Assembly: GCF_009914755.1 (NCBI RefSeq) | Contig: NC_060927.1 | DNA length: 64,000 nucleotides | Direction: 5' to 3' (one strand) | Origin: the human T2T-CHM13v2.0 reference genome, Homo sapiens | Shown here: positions 1-16,910 of the stretch, piece by piece | Position numbering within the stretch: the stretch's first letter is position 1 | Layout of the letters: each line of letters starts with the position of its first letter | The notes under the pieces: model-generated | The model's database searches: none | What the model was told of the DNA's origin: nothing | What the model saw: the letters and a program-made list of their open reading frames with translations, nothing else | Translations under genes and position numbers: made by a program

Positions 1-13
1 ATATTTTCAGCTT

Positions 14-243
14 TGCAGCCTCGACCTCCTGGGAGCTCAAGTGATCCTCCCACCTCACCCCTCCAAGTAGCTGAGACTACAGGGAAGCACCATCACACTG
101 GGCTAATTTTAGTATTTTTTGTAGAGACAGGGTTTTGCCAGGTTGCCCAGGCTGGTCTTGAACTCCTGGGCTCAGGTGATCTGCCTACCCCACCACCATC
201 CTTCACCCAGTCCATTTCCCACCCAGGATTATAGGCATGAGCC
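14..243 (-). mobile_element. Alu (AluJ-like, partial)
   Basis: Antisense Alu body, diverged. Confidence 0.85.
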
Positions 244-1015
244 TGTTCCCAGCCTTCTTTTGTTATTTGCTGTCTTCCTATTGCCTCCCAAAAGAGTTGG
301 ATCTTTAGGTGGAAGTTGTATTTGTTAAGGGCAATGATGGGTGAGAGAGGTTGCAAATTGTAGAAGCTGAGGAAAGAATTAAATTCCTTAACATAAGAAA
401 AGCTGTTGAGATGGAGGTTGAGGGAACAAGGCCTTGGAGAAGGGGAGACTGGAGCCCAGAAAGGAAGGGCCAGGAGTTGTGTCAGGGTAGAGAGTTTTAG
501 AGTGATCAGAGAGGAGGTGGCTCTCTTGCAGAGAAGAGCTTTGGAGAAAGATAGAACAGTTAAAGGAAATTTTGCAGTTTTGCCCAGTGGTGTGTAAAGT
601 AAATTTTTCTTCTTGATTTCTCCACAAAGTCTTAAGCAAGATATTTCTTGTTAAATGCATTGCCAGGTTGGCTGTATTTGATAGGAATGCATTGAAGCTG
701 TGGTTATGGCCTATGATGGGCATCAGATAAGAGCCAAATACTGGATGGAGAAAGGTCGAGCAGAAATGTACCTCCTGAAGTAGCCCTGGTAAGACTGAAG
801 CAAGGCTACGCTCACTGATGACAAAAGGAGTCCAGTTTTTCCTCTTATATAAGTTCTGGGGTCCTAGTATACATCAAAGAATGGAGAGGGATCTACATAA
901 CAACTAGCATTGGTCTTCTAATACTGAGTATGCGTAGAGCTAACTTTGATTTAGTTTAGGAAAATAAGGAACATAATCTGGGAGTTATAGAATATATTAG
1001 TTGAATTCTCTTTAA

Positions 1016-1376
<361 letters not shown>

Positions 1377-1494
1377 TCTTCTTTTATTTCTAAAGTTATA
1401 CAACCCATGGCATATAAACATTAATGCCTATTATGTCTTAATTTTGGCTTGAACCTCTTAGGCCTGTAAAATGACAGTGGTTTTCTTTGGTAGG

Positions 1495-1800
1495 TTTTTT
1501 GTTTTTTGTTTTTTTTTGAGACAGGGTCTCACTCTGTCGCCCAAGCTGGAGTGCAGTGATATGATCATGGCTCACTGCAGCCTCGACTTCCCAGGCTCAA
1601 GGGATTCTCCTACCTCAGCCTCCTGAGTAACTAAGACCACAGGTGCATGTCACCACGCCTGGCTAATTTATTTTTATTTTTCATAGAGATGGGGTCTCTC
1701 TGTGTTGTCCAGGCTCGTCTCAAACTCCTGGGCTCAAGCGATACTCCTGCCTTGGCCTCCCAAAGTGCTGGGATTATAGGCGTGAGCCACGGTGCCTGAC
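1495..1800 (-). mobile_element. AluJ
   Basis: Full antisense dimer with J-type gcagcctcgac motif. Confidence 0.93.
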
Positions 1801-3273
1801 TTCTTTAGTAGTTTTTTATTTAAAGTCCTCTTTTGATGCGCATACTCTTACTCAGCATTGTCAATGACTTGTTCTGGAATGTGAAGCATATAATTTTACC
1901 CCTCAATCTAAATGCTGTTTTTCTTAATTGTGGAGTGAGGAGTGTTGACGGGACTTTATAACTGTTAGAAATCATTAAACTTGAGTGTCGTGATTCATTT
2001 ATGAGGGTAACGTCATCTAATAATGAGGTAATGGATGTGGAACTGCTTTGGAAAGTATAAAATGCTTGATGAAGTGCAGTTATCAATTTTTCTAATGCCA
2101 AGATACTAGTGAGAAACAATTTCCAGAGTTGGTAGTGGGCACCACTTTACTCCTCCAGAAGCAAAAGGTATAATTACTTCATAGTTCTCTGGCAAATATC
2201 TGGTTTCCCTAAGGGGCATTCATCTTTTGCGAGTAGGAAAAACTCTAACCTATTTGGTGGAATCCTTCCAAACTCTAACCCGTTTGATAGAATCATTCAG
2301 TGGTGGCATTCAGACTATTAAAATAATTATAAAACATAGATTTATTAATTAGTTGTATTCTTTAAGTAAATTGTGTTAATAATTTGATAGTTAATTATTT
2401 GTTATGGCATTCTTTGTGATTGATATTTTTCAGTACCTTTTCAAATCCATAAACTATCAAAACTTAGGATTTTAGGAAATACTTCTATGAATCCTTGAAA
2501 AAACATGCATGTATAAGACAATTCCTTCTTTTGTCTTTTAATAGGGAAGGCCAGCGTTGGATTGTGTAGGTTGCAAAATGCAGTACCTCAGACTTGCAAC
2601 TCTGAAAAGCACTGTTTGAAATCTCTGTAAAGAGTGAAAAACTTCAAGTTTTAACCAATGAGTGTTTTAGAGGTTAAAGTTTAAACTCTGACTTGGAAGC
2701 ACGCTGGGTAGGACTCCTCTGCTCACTCAGACTCAAGTTGGATCATCAGAATCTCTCTTGTGTTGCTGTGAATGATTTGCATTGAAATTCCCAGCTAGAA
2801 CTGGAGGAAAGAGGATTACAAACCAGGAGGTAATACCTGGGTTATTCCAGAGCACTTGGAAATGACTCACAGCTTCCTGCTCTCTGACAGTTCTTTAGTG
2901 TTGGTCTTGAGGCATTCATTCTGAATGAGATATTTGTCATTATGGGGAGTTACAGTCTGAGCATAATCTCTAATGTATAATTTCCTGTTACTAAATAATA
3001 CATAGAAAATAGGAACAAGGTACTTTTTCAGAGGAAAAAAATATGATTTAAAAATTTGTGTCATTTTCACAAAGCTTATTTAAATCTTTTAATCCATTCC
3101 CTGAGTATCATAAGACAGGTCACATTCTGCCCACACTTCACCCTGGCAGTTCTGTACCGACAAGTCAGGTTCTAGGGCAGCTTCTAACAGGAGAAGGTCT
3201 TAGGGGGTACAACATAAGATGTAGGCATGGAAGGGGCTTGATGGAGACCACCAATATGAAGGTATTATATAAT

Positions 3274-3480
3274 TAAGGATCTGGACTTAGCAGACTCCTT
3301 GGGTTCAGAGCCCAGCTCTGCCACTTATGTGAAGCTTTTGGTCTCAATTTCTTTAATTCTAAAGTGCGAACTGTAATAATATCAACCACAGAGAGTTGCT
3401 GTGAAGATTCGATGAGTCAATACATGTAGTACTTAGAACAGTGCTTGGCCTATAGTGAACGCCCATGAATGCCTGTTATT
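3274..3480 (+). mobile_element. MIR
   Basis: gggttcagagcccagctctgccactta...tctcaatttc...gttgctgtgaagatt...cttagaacagtgcttggc MIR core. Confidence 0.75.
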
Positions 3481-4679
3481 AAAGGGGTAAGGGAAGTCTC
3501 ACTTGCTGTGTGTGGACTGCCACTGTGTATGAGGCATGAGTGCTGTCTTTTGTGTTTTTTGGATAGGGAGCTAGGGGGAGATTTTATGAGCCATGTTTAT
3601 AGAACCTTCATGTGTTTTTGATTGGATGCAATGAGTTCAGGTCAGGAGAAGATTCTTAGGACGGCATGCTTGCATTTGCTTAGGATTCAGATTTAAAACT
3701 TCATCTTTGCTTCATGCAAATAAAAAGACTACAGAAGGCAAATGAGTATAGGAAAAAGTTTCTCCATAGCTTTAGGTCTTGTCTTCCTGATATCCCTTTA
3801 CTACAGGCATGGGCATGTTGCTGAAGCTCTGCCAATCACACAACATCCTGGGAACTAGACTGTCATCCTCAGATAGCAGCAGAGGCATCTGGAGACAGTG
3901 CTGCAAAGCAGCACATCATAGTTCTTACTGTGGAGCTCTGTGGAGCTGTCTGGCGCCTGTTCTTTGGGAGTCTATTTCTTCAGCTCTCTCTTGATTCTTT
4001 GAGTCAATGCCCTGAATCTAGTTCATTCCTTTTTTGATAAATGTTACCAGAATCAGGTTTGTTTGTTGCTTATAGTGAAAATACCTTAATTGGTACAAAT
4101 AGCAAGTAGGAAGATTAAATCTTTCCACTGTCAGTAGGTAAGGCAACACAGATGAAGCTAAGAGTCCTGGAAGTCATAGAAAATTCCTTCTTAGAAAGCA
4201 TGGCTTGGAGGGAGTGAGAATATCCCTTCTTTTCTAAGGTACATAAGAAGAAATGCATTTTTGACCTATTCGGGTGGAAAAAGGGAGAGTCCTTAAGTTG
4301 GCCAATGTTGGCCTGCTCTAAATACAAGGTGTAGCATGTAGGTGTGTTTGGAGATGGGAGTGGTGATTTTTCATGTGCCAGATATGCAAATTACCAATAG
4401 TCAAAAAGACTAACGGAAAATTAAAGGCTTTCAGAGAAGTGACATTTTTTGAATAGAATCATCACCATCATTGCCACTGAGAAATTAAAAGTGATGTTGT
4501 TAACTAAAATCTATATTGTATTGCATCAACTTATCACCTTAGGAGTTTCTTTAGGATAATGGTGTATCATATTTCTTCTATACTTAAAAATTACAAGGTG
4601 ATAAGTTGCTATAATACAATATAAATAGTCAAGAACTCCATTTGTCAGATTATGAGTGGTCTGTTGGGAAGACCAGTAA

Positions 4680-4987
<308 letters not shown>

Positions 4988-6446
4988 TGCCTGTTCATTT
5001 TTCAATTCATTTTTTCAGCCAATTGGTACCTATTCTAGAAAGCCTTCCTTGAATCTTCTAGTCAGATGATTCTTTCTTTCCTACTTATTTCATTCTAGAC
5101 TGTACAGGGGTTCTAGTTCATTTTGAGAGCTGACTCTCTAGTAGGGGCTGTGTGGAGGACTGTGTTGAAAAGGGATCCTGAACCACTCAAGGCTCAGTGA
5201 GAAAGAACTGCAATTGGTGAGGGATGTCTGCAGTGGATAAGGGAGTCATGTGTTTGCCATTGCTGTCATCTTTGGTTCATTGACTCCCTTACTAAGTTGT
5301 AAACTCTTTGAGTCAGGTCTGTGTGTGAGTCACCATTTGATTGCCTCCAACACTTGGCACAACACCTAGCACCTTAGATGTTCTCAATAAATCTGTTCTG
5401 AAATGAAATGAGGGCAATGAAGGAAAAAATTCATGGTGGAATTTGAGCTTTGCTTTGAGTGGGGGTAAAGAACGGCTGTGAGAGAATAGAGTTTCTAGGG
5501 ACAGGAAATGGCATGAAGGAAAGTTGTAGAACAATACGGAAGAGGCCTCAGGAGAAAGAGGAGGCCTTTTTCAGGATGTAGTGGGAAATCAAGATTGTTG
5601 AAAGGTTTGGAGTCTATAGGTAAAGGTTTAACTAAAATTGTTGCGGCTGTGATCTCATGAAGGAAATTGAAGTATAGTTTAATGGAACAAACTAAAAAAG
5701 ACGAGAAAATTCAGTTGCGGGAGGCATCAGTTTTTGGAATATTTTCCTCCTCCAGGATTTGAAAATAGAGAATTGGGCAGCTTGTGTGATTATGAGTAGC
5801 AATATAGTGACATTATTATGGTCAACTGGAACTTCAAAACAATAATAAAAGCAACAAATAGATTTGATAAAGAAGCTCTCATTTCTAATGTTCCTACATA
5901 AGGTTTATTTCAGGCCAATTTTTTTGAGAAGCTGTACCTATGTTAGATATCTGACCATATATAAAAATGCCTGTACAAAAATGAATGGAGAGTTTTTAAT
6001 TTCTTCAGCTTCATTCACTCCTGAATTGTCTGCCATACATCCTTCTTGTTCCCTTTGTGCTTTGAAAGCACATTATCATGCCACACAGCAAACTATAGTG
6101 TGGGTCTTACTGAGACCTGGGTCAGGCACCACTTTGGAAATCTAACTAACTTAAAGGGACTTGCCACTCAGTGTACCTGTTTTTGGTAGGATGTTGGATA
6201 AATCTGCAAACATCTTGGACATATATATATTTTTTACTCTCAGATACTAAGTAAATTGCTTTTTTCTCTTTACATGCAATACTTTAGAAGTTTCCTGATT
6301 TTAACGATTTATTGACTTTGTATGTCATTGCAGCTAGATTGCCCTGCCTTGCCTCATGTCAGAAAGACCTGCCCATTTCTCATAATATATTACTACTCAC
6401 TTTGTCAGCTTTAGCTGAAGGTGAATTAAAAGTTAATAGGTACACA

Positions 6447-6963
<517 letters not shown>

Positions 6964-7459
6964 CTAGGTCTAGAGACCCTTAGGCTATGAATATAATCTT
7001 TAATACTGCTGATCAATGTGGGAGCAACTATAAACTGACTTCTGTGGTTCACTGATGCACTGAGTTTCTGGGATTAGGTGAGGTGGTGGTAAAATACAAA
7101 TTATGACCAAAGTAGTGCCTATTATCTAGATATAAACTTACTTGGAAAGTATAATTATAGTTAATTTTCTTTCCCAATTCAGAATGCCCAAATATTCTCC
7201 ATCCTTTGAGGAAGTGACTTGCCTCCCATTTTCTTCATGTAGATTGTTTGTTTTTGTCTCTATATATTCGTTTAGACACTTGTTGCTCAAAGCAATAGAA
7301 ACCCAGTTTAAATGGCTTTTAATAAATTGTTTTGAGTAACCACCAAAAGAAAGAAAAAAACCACAGTGGGATTCAGGACTCTGAATTCATGACTACCCTG
7401 CCAGAATGTGTCTTGTCTTTACTGTTTGTTTTCTGCAGTGTTGGTTTTGGCTTCTTCTT

Positions 7460-7642
7460 CTTTTTTTTTTTTTTTTTTTTTTTTTGAGACTGAGTCTCGC
7501 TCTGTCACCCAAGCTGGAGAGCAGTGGTGTGATCTCACCTCACTGCAACCTCTGCCTCTCAGGTTCAAATGATTCTTGTGCCTCAGCCTCCTGAGTTGCT
7601 GGGACTACAGGTGCCTACCCCCATGCCCGGCTAATCTTTGTC
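7460..7642 (-). mobile_element. 5'-truncated Alu (right arm only)
   Basis: 18-bp TSD tggttttggcttcttctt at 7442-7459 and 7643-7660. Confidence 0.93.
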
Positions 7643-8426
7643 TGGTTTTGGCTTCTTCTTAGCCTTGTGTTCTCTCTTTGTTGGAGGCATGATGGCTGCA
7701 GCTGCTCTGACCTCTACTTCCTCTCTGATTCAGGGGATCATGTGGGGATTCTCATTATATAACGCTTTACAAAAGCCTTGTTACGTCTTGTTGGCTCCAG
7801 CTGGATTTTATGCCTATTCATAAAGCAAAATCACTGTGGCTGGGGAATATGATGTGCTGCGTGGCTTGGACCTGGAACCTCAGCCAAAAATGGCATGGAT
7901 GTATCATTACAGGGGGAACATCAGAACTAAAGTTAGGACTGTTGCCAGAAGAAGGGAAATAGTTTCTGAAGGAGAAAATAAAACATGTTGAGGAAATTAC
8001 ACTCGAAGTGTTAATACAGACATTATAATGATGGGGACTTGGGTAATACTCATGTGTTGAATTTTCCCAGAGAGCCAGAGAAGGCCTAAAGTGGCAGTAG
8101 GGGTAGGGGACAGTAGATGGGATATAAATACTAAATGAGAAGAAAAAGATCCTGGGATGCTAGGCAGGCCCAGTTGCCTGAGCTGGGAAAGTCTCTGTGG
8201 TTAATAGGCTTGTGACCTGCTGGCCCCTCATCTTTCAGAGGAGGTGACAATTGGAAATGCCCCTTATTGGGTTCAGGAATATGATGAGTGGTATAAAACT
8301 GAGGTTGGGTTTTGACAAATTTAGAGAGCAAATGTTTTCTTCTGGCCCTCAGTGAGCTAATTTGACAGAAGCATTTCTTTTTCTTTTTTCTTTTCTCTTT
8401 TCTTTACTTTTAAGAGATGGAGACAG

Positions 8427-8748
8427 GGCCGGGCACAGTGGCTAACGCATGTAATCCCAGCATTTTGGGAGCCCGAGGCAGGTGGATCACCTGAAGTTAG
8501 GAGTTCGAGACCAGCCTGGCCAACATGATGAAACCCCGTCTCTACTAAAAATATACAAAAATTAGCTGGGCATGGTGATGTGCACCTGTAATCTCAGCTT
8601 CTTTGGAGACTGAGGCAGGAGAATCACATGAACCCAGGAGGCAGAGGTTGTAGTGAGCCAAAATTGTGCCATTGCACTCCGGCCTGGATGACAAGAAAGG
8701 AACTCTGTCTCAAAAAAAAAAAAAAAAAAAAAAAAAACCCAAAAAACA
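8427..8748 (+). mobile_element. AluS nested in an antisense FLAM (about 8376-8876)
   Basis: TSD aagagatggagaca at 8412-8425 and 8749-8762 splits an older monomer. Confidence 0.93.
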
Positions 8749-10514
8749 AAGAGATGGAGACAAGGGGGGTCTCACTGTCTTGCTCAGGCTGGATTCGAAC
8801 TCCTAGCTTCAAGCAATCCTCCCACCTCAGCCTTTTGAGTAGCTGGGACTCCAGGCACGTGCCACTGTGCCCAGCTGATGGGAGTGTTTCTAAAGAAACA
8901 CACAGCATTTCCATCAAGGCTCCCTGGGAGGCCAATGAATGAACAGAATCAAGAATGTGAGGAACCAAACTTAATAGACTGAAGGACTCATCTGGCACAC
9001 ACAGTGCTTTATAATAATTCAAATTGTTTGCCAAAGCTTAAAAATCAAATTTCACATAAAAATATTGATCTCTGACTTTCTTTGAAAAATCAGAAGATCT
9101 GGCAACCCTGGGCCTCATTTCTCTTGGCAACAGTCCACAGGAGTTCAGCAGTGGCTGCTCCTTGTCAGAGCCCTTCCAATCCCCTACCAGGCCTGAATCA
9201 CACTTCTGACTTCCTGCCTGGCCCTTGTAGGCTTAGAGACATGGATGGGATTTCCAGGGGGTAGGCATTATGGACACATTAAGGAAGGGGTAAAGGTTGG
9301 GGAGTCAAATGGGGAGGGGCCTCTGTCTTCATCCAGGACTTCAGGAACCAGCAAGAATGTTCATGGCTGTAGATTGGAAGTCTTGCTGAGCTTGGGGCCG
9401 TGGGGCATCATTGTTCAGCAGGTCCTCAGAAGAACTGATTCCCACTTCGTAGATTCTAATTTCCTCAGCTTACAGGTTATCTATATTCACCCAATGTTGG
9501 ATTTAGAGAAGACTTAAGGCTTTAGGAAAGTACTGGGGACTAAGTCATTCCCTTTCTTTCACCCCTACAAATAGTTCCAGTCAGTCTTCTATTGCTACTT
9601 TTTATTGTGCATTGGTCAGTAAATCCTACTTTGCACCTTTTATATATACTTTTAATCTAGTTTCCTATTTTCCAGCTAAGAAAACTTACTAACCTTGGCT
9701 CTACCAACAAAGAGGCAAAGATTTTTGTGCCCCTTGGACAAGCTGCAGTGAGGGAGCAGTGCCTGTGTCCTCGGAGGCATGGCAAATCCATTAGCGCATC
9801 TATCTGAGTGGAGCCGAGGGCACAGAGTAGGAGGCGGGGGAACCAAGGTGAGGCACGTTTCACATTGTCCCTCTTTGCCTAGGCCATCCCTTCAATATGT
9901 ACTTCCTCACTGATCACTTGAAGTGTTTGGGTTTCAAAACTGAATAGCACCTGTTTGGTGTTAGCCATGGATAATGGGGAGAACTCTGGGATAAAGGCCT
10001 TGTGAGAAGAGGCTACGTTGTTGTTGGTTTTTGTTTGTTTGCTTGTTTGTTTTTGGCATGCTGATTTAACCATTCAGTAAGCAAGTCTAACTCTGCACGC
10101 TCATTCATTCAGTTGCACAAGTCAAATAACATTTGAACCTCTGTGTTTGAGTGACCAAATCCCATGTGTTAAAAAGTAAAGTCAGAGCTGTGGTGCCAGC
10201 AGCTTTGATTTCAGTATGTTGTCTTTCCTTGGGAAAGTTATTTCTTCTAAGTCCTTCTGTACAGCCAATTTTTGGGTCCGCGTCCATATTTTTCTTCACC
10301 AAATACTTGCTGAGTCATTGCATGTTTTTACATTGTTATTCTGGTAACTGCCGCCCCTGACTTGCACTTAGGTTTAATGAAGAAAGGATAATTTTGCTGC
10401 AACGTGAATCTCTCTCATACCAAATGCTTTTCCAAGAGCTTGTTTCTGTTTTCTTCACGTCTTTGGTCTTTGTCTTTCTCTTATTCTTGTTTTCTTTTAA
10501 ACGCATGCACGTGA

Positions 10515-10946
<432 letters not shown>

Positions 10947-11603
10947 TGATATATGCTGAATAACTCCTATAATACGTGTATATAGTATAAAAAGAGACCC
11001 CTTTATATCCAGATTTAAACAGAAAGTGAATTAGAAGATGATTCTAATTTGTTCATCAAAGAGCAATAATCATAAGATTGTACTATTTACAAAAAATCAG
11101 TTTAAATTAAACTTTTCAGGCATTAACAGTTGAACCTGATAAGCACTATATTGTATGAGTATAGTTTTAGGAGAAACTGATTCTTACCCATCTTTATATC
11201 TTCATTTAGCCCAGCCAAATAGGATTTATTTGTTGAATACATGAATGAATGAATTTAAACTCCCTTACTAGGGGCCACATGTTGGGGCTTTTAAGTAAAT
11301 AGTAGAAAAGTCTTGGTGGCAAGTCTGACAGCCACTGAAGGCCATCCCAAATTGCAAATGCATGGGAATATAATGACCGTGGCTGGTCATGGAGATGACC
11401 ATGGTGGCGGCCCGTGTGGTGAGGCAGTAGGGAGGGGATGTAGGTAAGCCCTGTCTGTTCTCTGCTTTGCTAGAAGATTTCTTTGTTTATATATCTAGTG
11501 TTTGCACAAGAGGATCAGAACTTAAAAGCTTCACCTAGGGAAGAATGAAGGCTATATCATTAACTCCTTTGTAAAATGATTAGGAAAAAGTTTACAAATA
11601 CTA

Positions 11604-11902
11604 TTATTTTTTTGAGACAGAATCTTGCTCTGTCGCCCAGGCTGGAATGCAATGGCACAATCATAGCTCACTATAGCCTCAAACTCCTAGGCTCAAGTGA
11701 TGCTCCCATCTCAGCCTCCCAAGTAGTAGGACTATAGGTGCGTACCACCATGCCTGGCTAACTTAAAATTTTTTTTCTTTTTTTGTAGAGACAAAGTCTC
11801 ACTATGTTGCCCAGGCTGGTCTTGAACTCCTGACCTCAAGCAATCCTCTGGCCTTGGCCTCCCAAAGTGTGGGGATTACAGCATGAACCACTGCCCCTGG
11901 CC
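11604..11902 (-). mobile_element. AluJ
   Basis: Antisense dimer. Confidence 0.92.
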
Positions 11903-12640
11903 CAACAAAAATTATTTTGATAGATTTAGAAGAAACACCATGTATAAACATGTGGATTAAAAAATTTGAATGCTGTCAAATTAGTCTTTGTGCTTCCAAT
12001 ACACAGCACAGTAAAGAGGTACAGCAAACAAGTGCTCAATAAGTTGTTGTTGAATAAATAAATGGGTAAGTGAATGAAGAGAACTGGTTATTGACGTATA
12101 GAAACTCTTCATCTCCTCTTGTCAGTTGGTGGCACATTTCCCATAAACTGTTGTTTTATTTGGCCCTTTGTTATCTAGTACTCCTTATGCTCTGTGAAGA
12201 GAAATATTAGAGAAATATTACCTTTAATGAATTTTACTAACCTTTCCCCACATATACAACACAAGGCCAGTGGGAATATAAAAATATAAAATATCCTTTA
12301 CCTGCAAGGAGCAAACAATGATAGGAAGGTGGGATGAAAATAAAATAGCAAAATAAGACCATTACAACACAACACATAACCAAGAATAAATTAATGTACA
12401 TGAACGGAATAATACATAAGAAATGAAGACACTGAGCAAAGGAAAAGACAGAGGTGATGAAGTCTTATGCCAATGGGAAGGCGTTAAGGATATGGGGGAA
12501 TCGGCCTTCCAAGCTGTCAAGTTGAGAGTGGAGAACAGAGACCGCATTAATTTGGCAATGTGGGGTATAATGAAATGGTAAATACTTGGGAAGACTGAAG
12601 CAGAAAAAAGTCCCAATGTTAAAATAACAGTGTATTGTTA

Positions 12641-13031
<391 letters not shown>

Positions 13032-13166
13032 TTACCCCCGGTGCGCTGTTCCTGGCTTAACACTTCATAATGGTGCATAATTGAAGTTCTCGAGGTCTCT
13101 AGGATTGTCTAAGCATGTGGGAAATTATTTTATGTGTTTGAAAATAAAATTGTCTTTTTAAAATAG

Positions 13167-13536
<370 letters not shown>

Positions 13537-14732
13537 TAGCTGTCCCTTGTGAATGAATGAAAAAGTTGAGCTCAGTTATTTTAGTGCTGAAGGATGCTCA
13601 GGAAATCTTTGAATTATATTGCACCATTTTCATATATTTTACCCTTTGTCCAAAGGACAGTCAAGGCTGTTATGTAGAGTAGGAGACTAATATTTAACAA
13701 AATAAATGATATCCCAATTCATACTTATATTCAACAGTCAGTAGACATTCCAGTTAAAGAAAATCTGATAAAAAATGGACAGGTTGATATGGAATATGAA
13801 TACTTACTTTTTCCAAAATGAATGATACAGCTCCCTGTTGTGAAATGTTGTTGAATAAGGAGATTGCTAGACATATAGATGAAAATATTTTCCAGGTTTT
13901 CCTTTAAACTAGAAGGAAAATTCTTCAACTATTTCATAGCTGTTTTTTTTCACATAGTGATTTATTTCAGTGACCTTGTGATCTGTAAACTTGTAATGGA
14001 GGGCTGAAAATGGGAAGTAACATAGGAAAAGGGAAGGGCTGTGGTGAGAGAGACAATAATTTGCAAAGAAGAAGAGGACATGGGGTACCAGTAGAACTTC
14101 TACTCACCAGAGATACTGAAATATTCTAGAACCTCTGATCTCAGTCAATTCTCCATAGGAACACTATCAAGTCTTTTTCCATAAAAGTCAGATAAAAGAA
14201 AGATCACATTTCTTGATATTCTTTGAAGCAACTTTATTTTTATTGTCATGCTTCATCCTGCCCGAATACTGCCAAGTCTTTCTCAGGCACCTGGAATCTG
14301 CTCCTCAGCCTCTGTTGTCCTGGGTCTAATGTAGAGCAAAAGGCTGAGAGGAAGCTCTTCTATTCTCCATCATCGGTCTTCAGTGGCTACCTGGGAAACA
14401 CCCCTTGGCTTAGTCGGCAGATTCTCTCCGGTGAGGTTCTGTTGCACCTGCCACTCCTAGGGCAGCAAGCAGCAGTCTTACTTGCTGGCACCTAGAGATT
14501 TCCCTTCCTCCCTGTGGGGGCAATCTTTCCCTCTCACTGCCTTCCTCATCTAGTGGTTTCTCAGAGGTGGCCTCTTCCCCCTGATCCGATTGCCAGGACA
14601 TCCAACCTAAGTAAGCCCTCTAGGAGGTTCATGCTTCTTCCCAAAGACTGAGGGAACCACAGATTCTAGCCTGGTTTTGCCTTCTGTGCTGCCAGAGTCC
14701 CTCAGATAAGAAAGTGTTATAGTGTTATTGCT

Positions 14733-15035
14733 GTTTTGTTTTGTTTTGTTTGTTTGAGACGGAGTCTCACATTGTCACCCGAGCTGGTGTACAGTGGCGC
14801 GATCTCTGCTTGCTGCAACCTCCCCACCTCCTGGGTTCAAGCAATTCTCCTGCCTCAACCTCCCAAGTAGCTGGGACTATAGGCGTGTGCCACCACACCT
14901 GGCTAATTTTTGTATTTTTAGTAGAGACGGGGTTTCACTGTGTTGGCCAGGCTGGTCTCAAACTCCTGACCTCATGATCCGCCCACCTCGCCCTCCCAAA
15001 GTGCTGGGATTTCAGGCGTGAGCCACCACGCCCAG
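14733..15035 (-). mobile_element. AluS
   Basis: TSD gtgttattgct at 14722-14732 and 15037-15047. Confidence 0.94.
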
Positions 15036-15440
15036 TGTGTTATTGCTTTAATTGAGGAGGAAAAAGAATAAACACAATTTAACATTTCAATAAATTATTC
15101 TCCCACAATAATATTAATTATTTTAATTTCTCAAGATTGAAGTAGTTAAGTTTCCTAAAGCCTTGGTAAAATTTCCCCTGTTCAAAAACATATTCTTGGT
15201 CATCTTTATTTTTTATTATTTTTATGGCTTGATTTTCCTTTATTAGTGGCTTGTGGCTTTGGATTAAGAAGCATCCTTTTTTCTCTTTAAGAATAATTTT
15301 TTATAATATGAATTATTTAAAGCAAAAGACTAAAATACAGAATCAATATAACCTATGTCCATGTACTCACTTCCTAGATTGAGCAGACATTAGCATTTTG
15401 CCATAACTGCTTCAACTGTATCTTTAAAAAATATGTAACA

Positions 15441-15791
<351 letters not shown>

Positions 15792-16910
15792 CTACATAGA
15801 CCACCACTATTCTGAATTTGTTGTGTTATTCTCATGTATGTTTAAGTTTTACTACATAGGTATGGGATCATAAGCAACATATATAGTATTTTGTGTTTTT
15901 ATAATTTATAATAAATAGTATATTGTATGTATACTTCAGCAGTTTGCTTTTTTCATTTAGTATGATTTTGAGAAACAGATGTGATTCATTTGTTTTACTG
16001 ATGTATACATATTGATTAAATAGTAATGTAAATATAGTTGGAAGAATTAACACTTTACAGGCTTGGTTTACTGGTTATTCACATTTTAGTGTTAAGTAGT
16101 CATCATTCCTTTCTTTAAAACTAGTTATGATGCTTGCCGTGAGAGAGTAGGAATGCTAATTGAACTACATGTAGAACTTAAGAACTTGGGCACTAGAAAA
16201 ACATTTGCTTTTGAATCTCTTATTTTGTCTACCTTCCTTGGGCAGGTCACTTAATCTCTGTAGGCCTCAAATATACATTTTTAAGGGATGATGCTTGTAC
16301 CATCAGTAGAGCAGATAAATGCGTAGTGAGCTCATGCATGTGAGGAGGTTAGCACAGTTCCAGACCCATTGAAAGCCCTCAATAAATATTTGCCATTATA
16401 TTTCATATTTCTAGACGAGGAAGAATAAAGGAAAAAGGAAATTTTGGAGGATGGATAAGGGGAAAAGCTGGCTGACCCGAGTCAGGGGCTAGCTTGAGAA
16501 GTCAGAATTTCAAGTGACCTGTGACAGGGCCACTGTGGAAGATGGGAAAATAGAATAGCTGGGAAATGAAAAGGTGCCTTTGTGGAAAGCTATAAATTAT
16601 TTCACTATTTTAATCATAGATTTTGCTTTGTAAAGAAACATAGGTGCTCTTATTTAAAATGGTCACTATAGGTACTGTATATATAATTTTATCATTATCA
16701 GTATTCAGTAATGTGTATCTTTAGACCACTAGTATTTGTTTCATTTTTTTTAAATGTTTTACCAAAATTGCCTTTGCTTTTCAGTTATTTGTTTGTTTTG
16801 GTAGGCTGATAGTCTAAAAAACTGAATACAAAAAGCATATAATGAAGAGTAAGCCTCTTCCTAGTCTGCCTCAGTCTCCATTTCTCCTAGAGGATCAGTT
16901 CCTCTTCCAC

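Noticed and set aside
2375-2400. Two GTTAATNATT HNF1-like motifs
   Set aside because: Incomplete palindromes in very AT-rich sequence; expected by chance.
2545-2707. Possible UTR exon (good pyrimidine tract with AG at 2544; donor TGG|GTAGGA)
   Set aside because: The donor is mediocre and such pseudo-exons are common; it cannot be supported from sequence alone.
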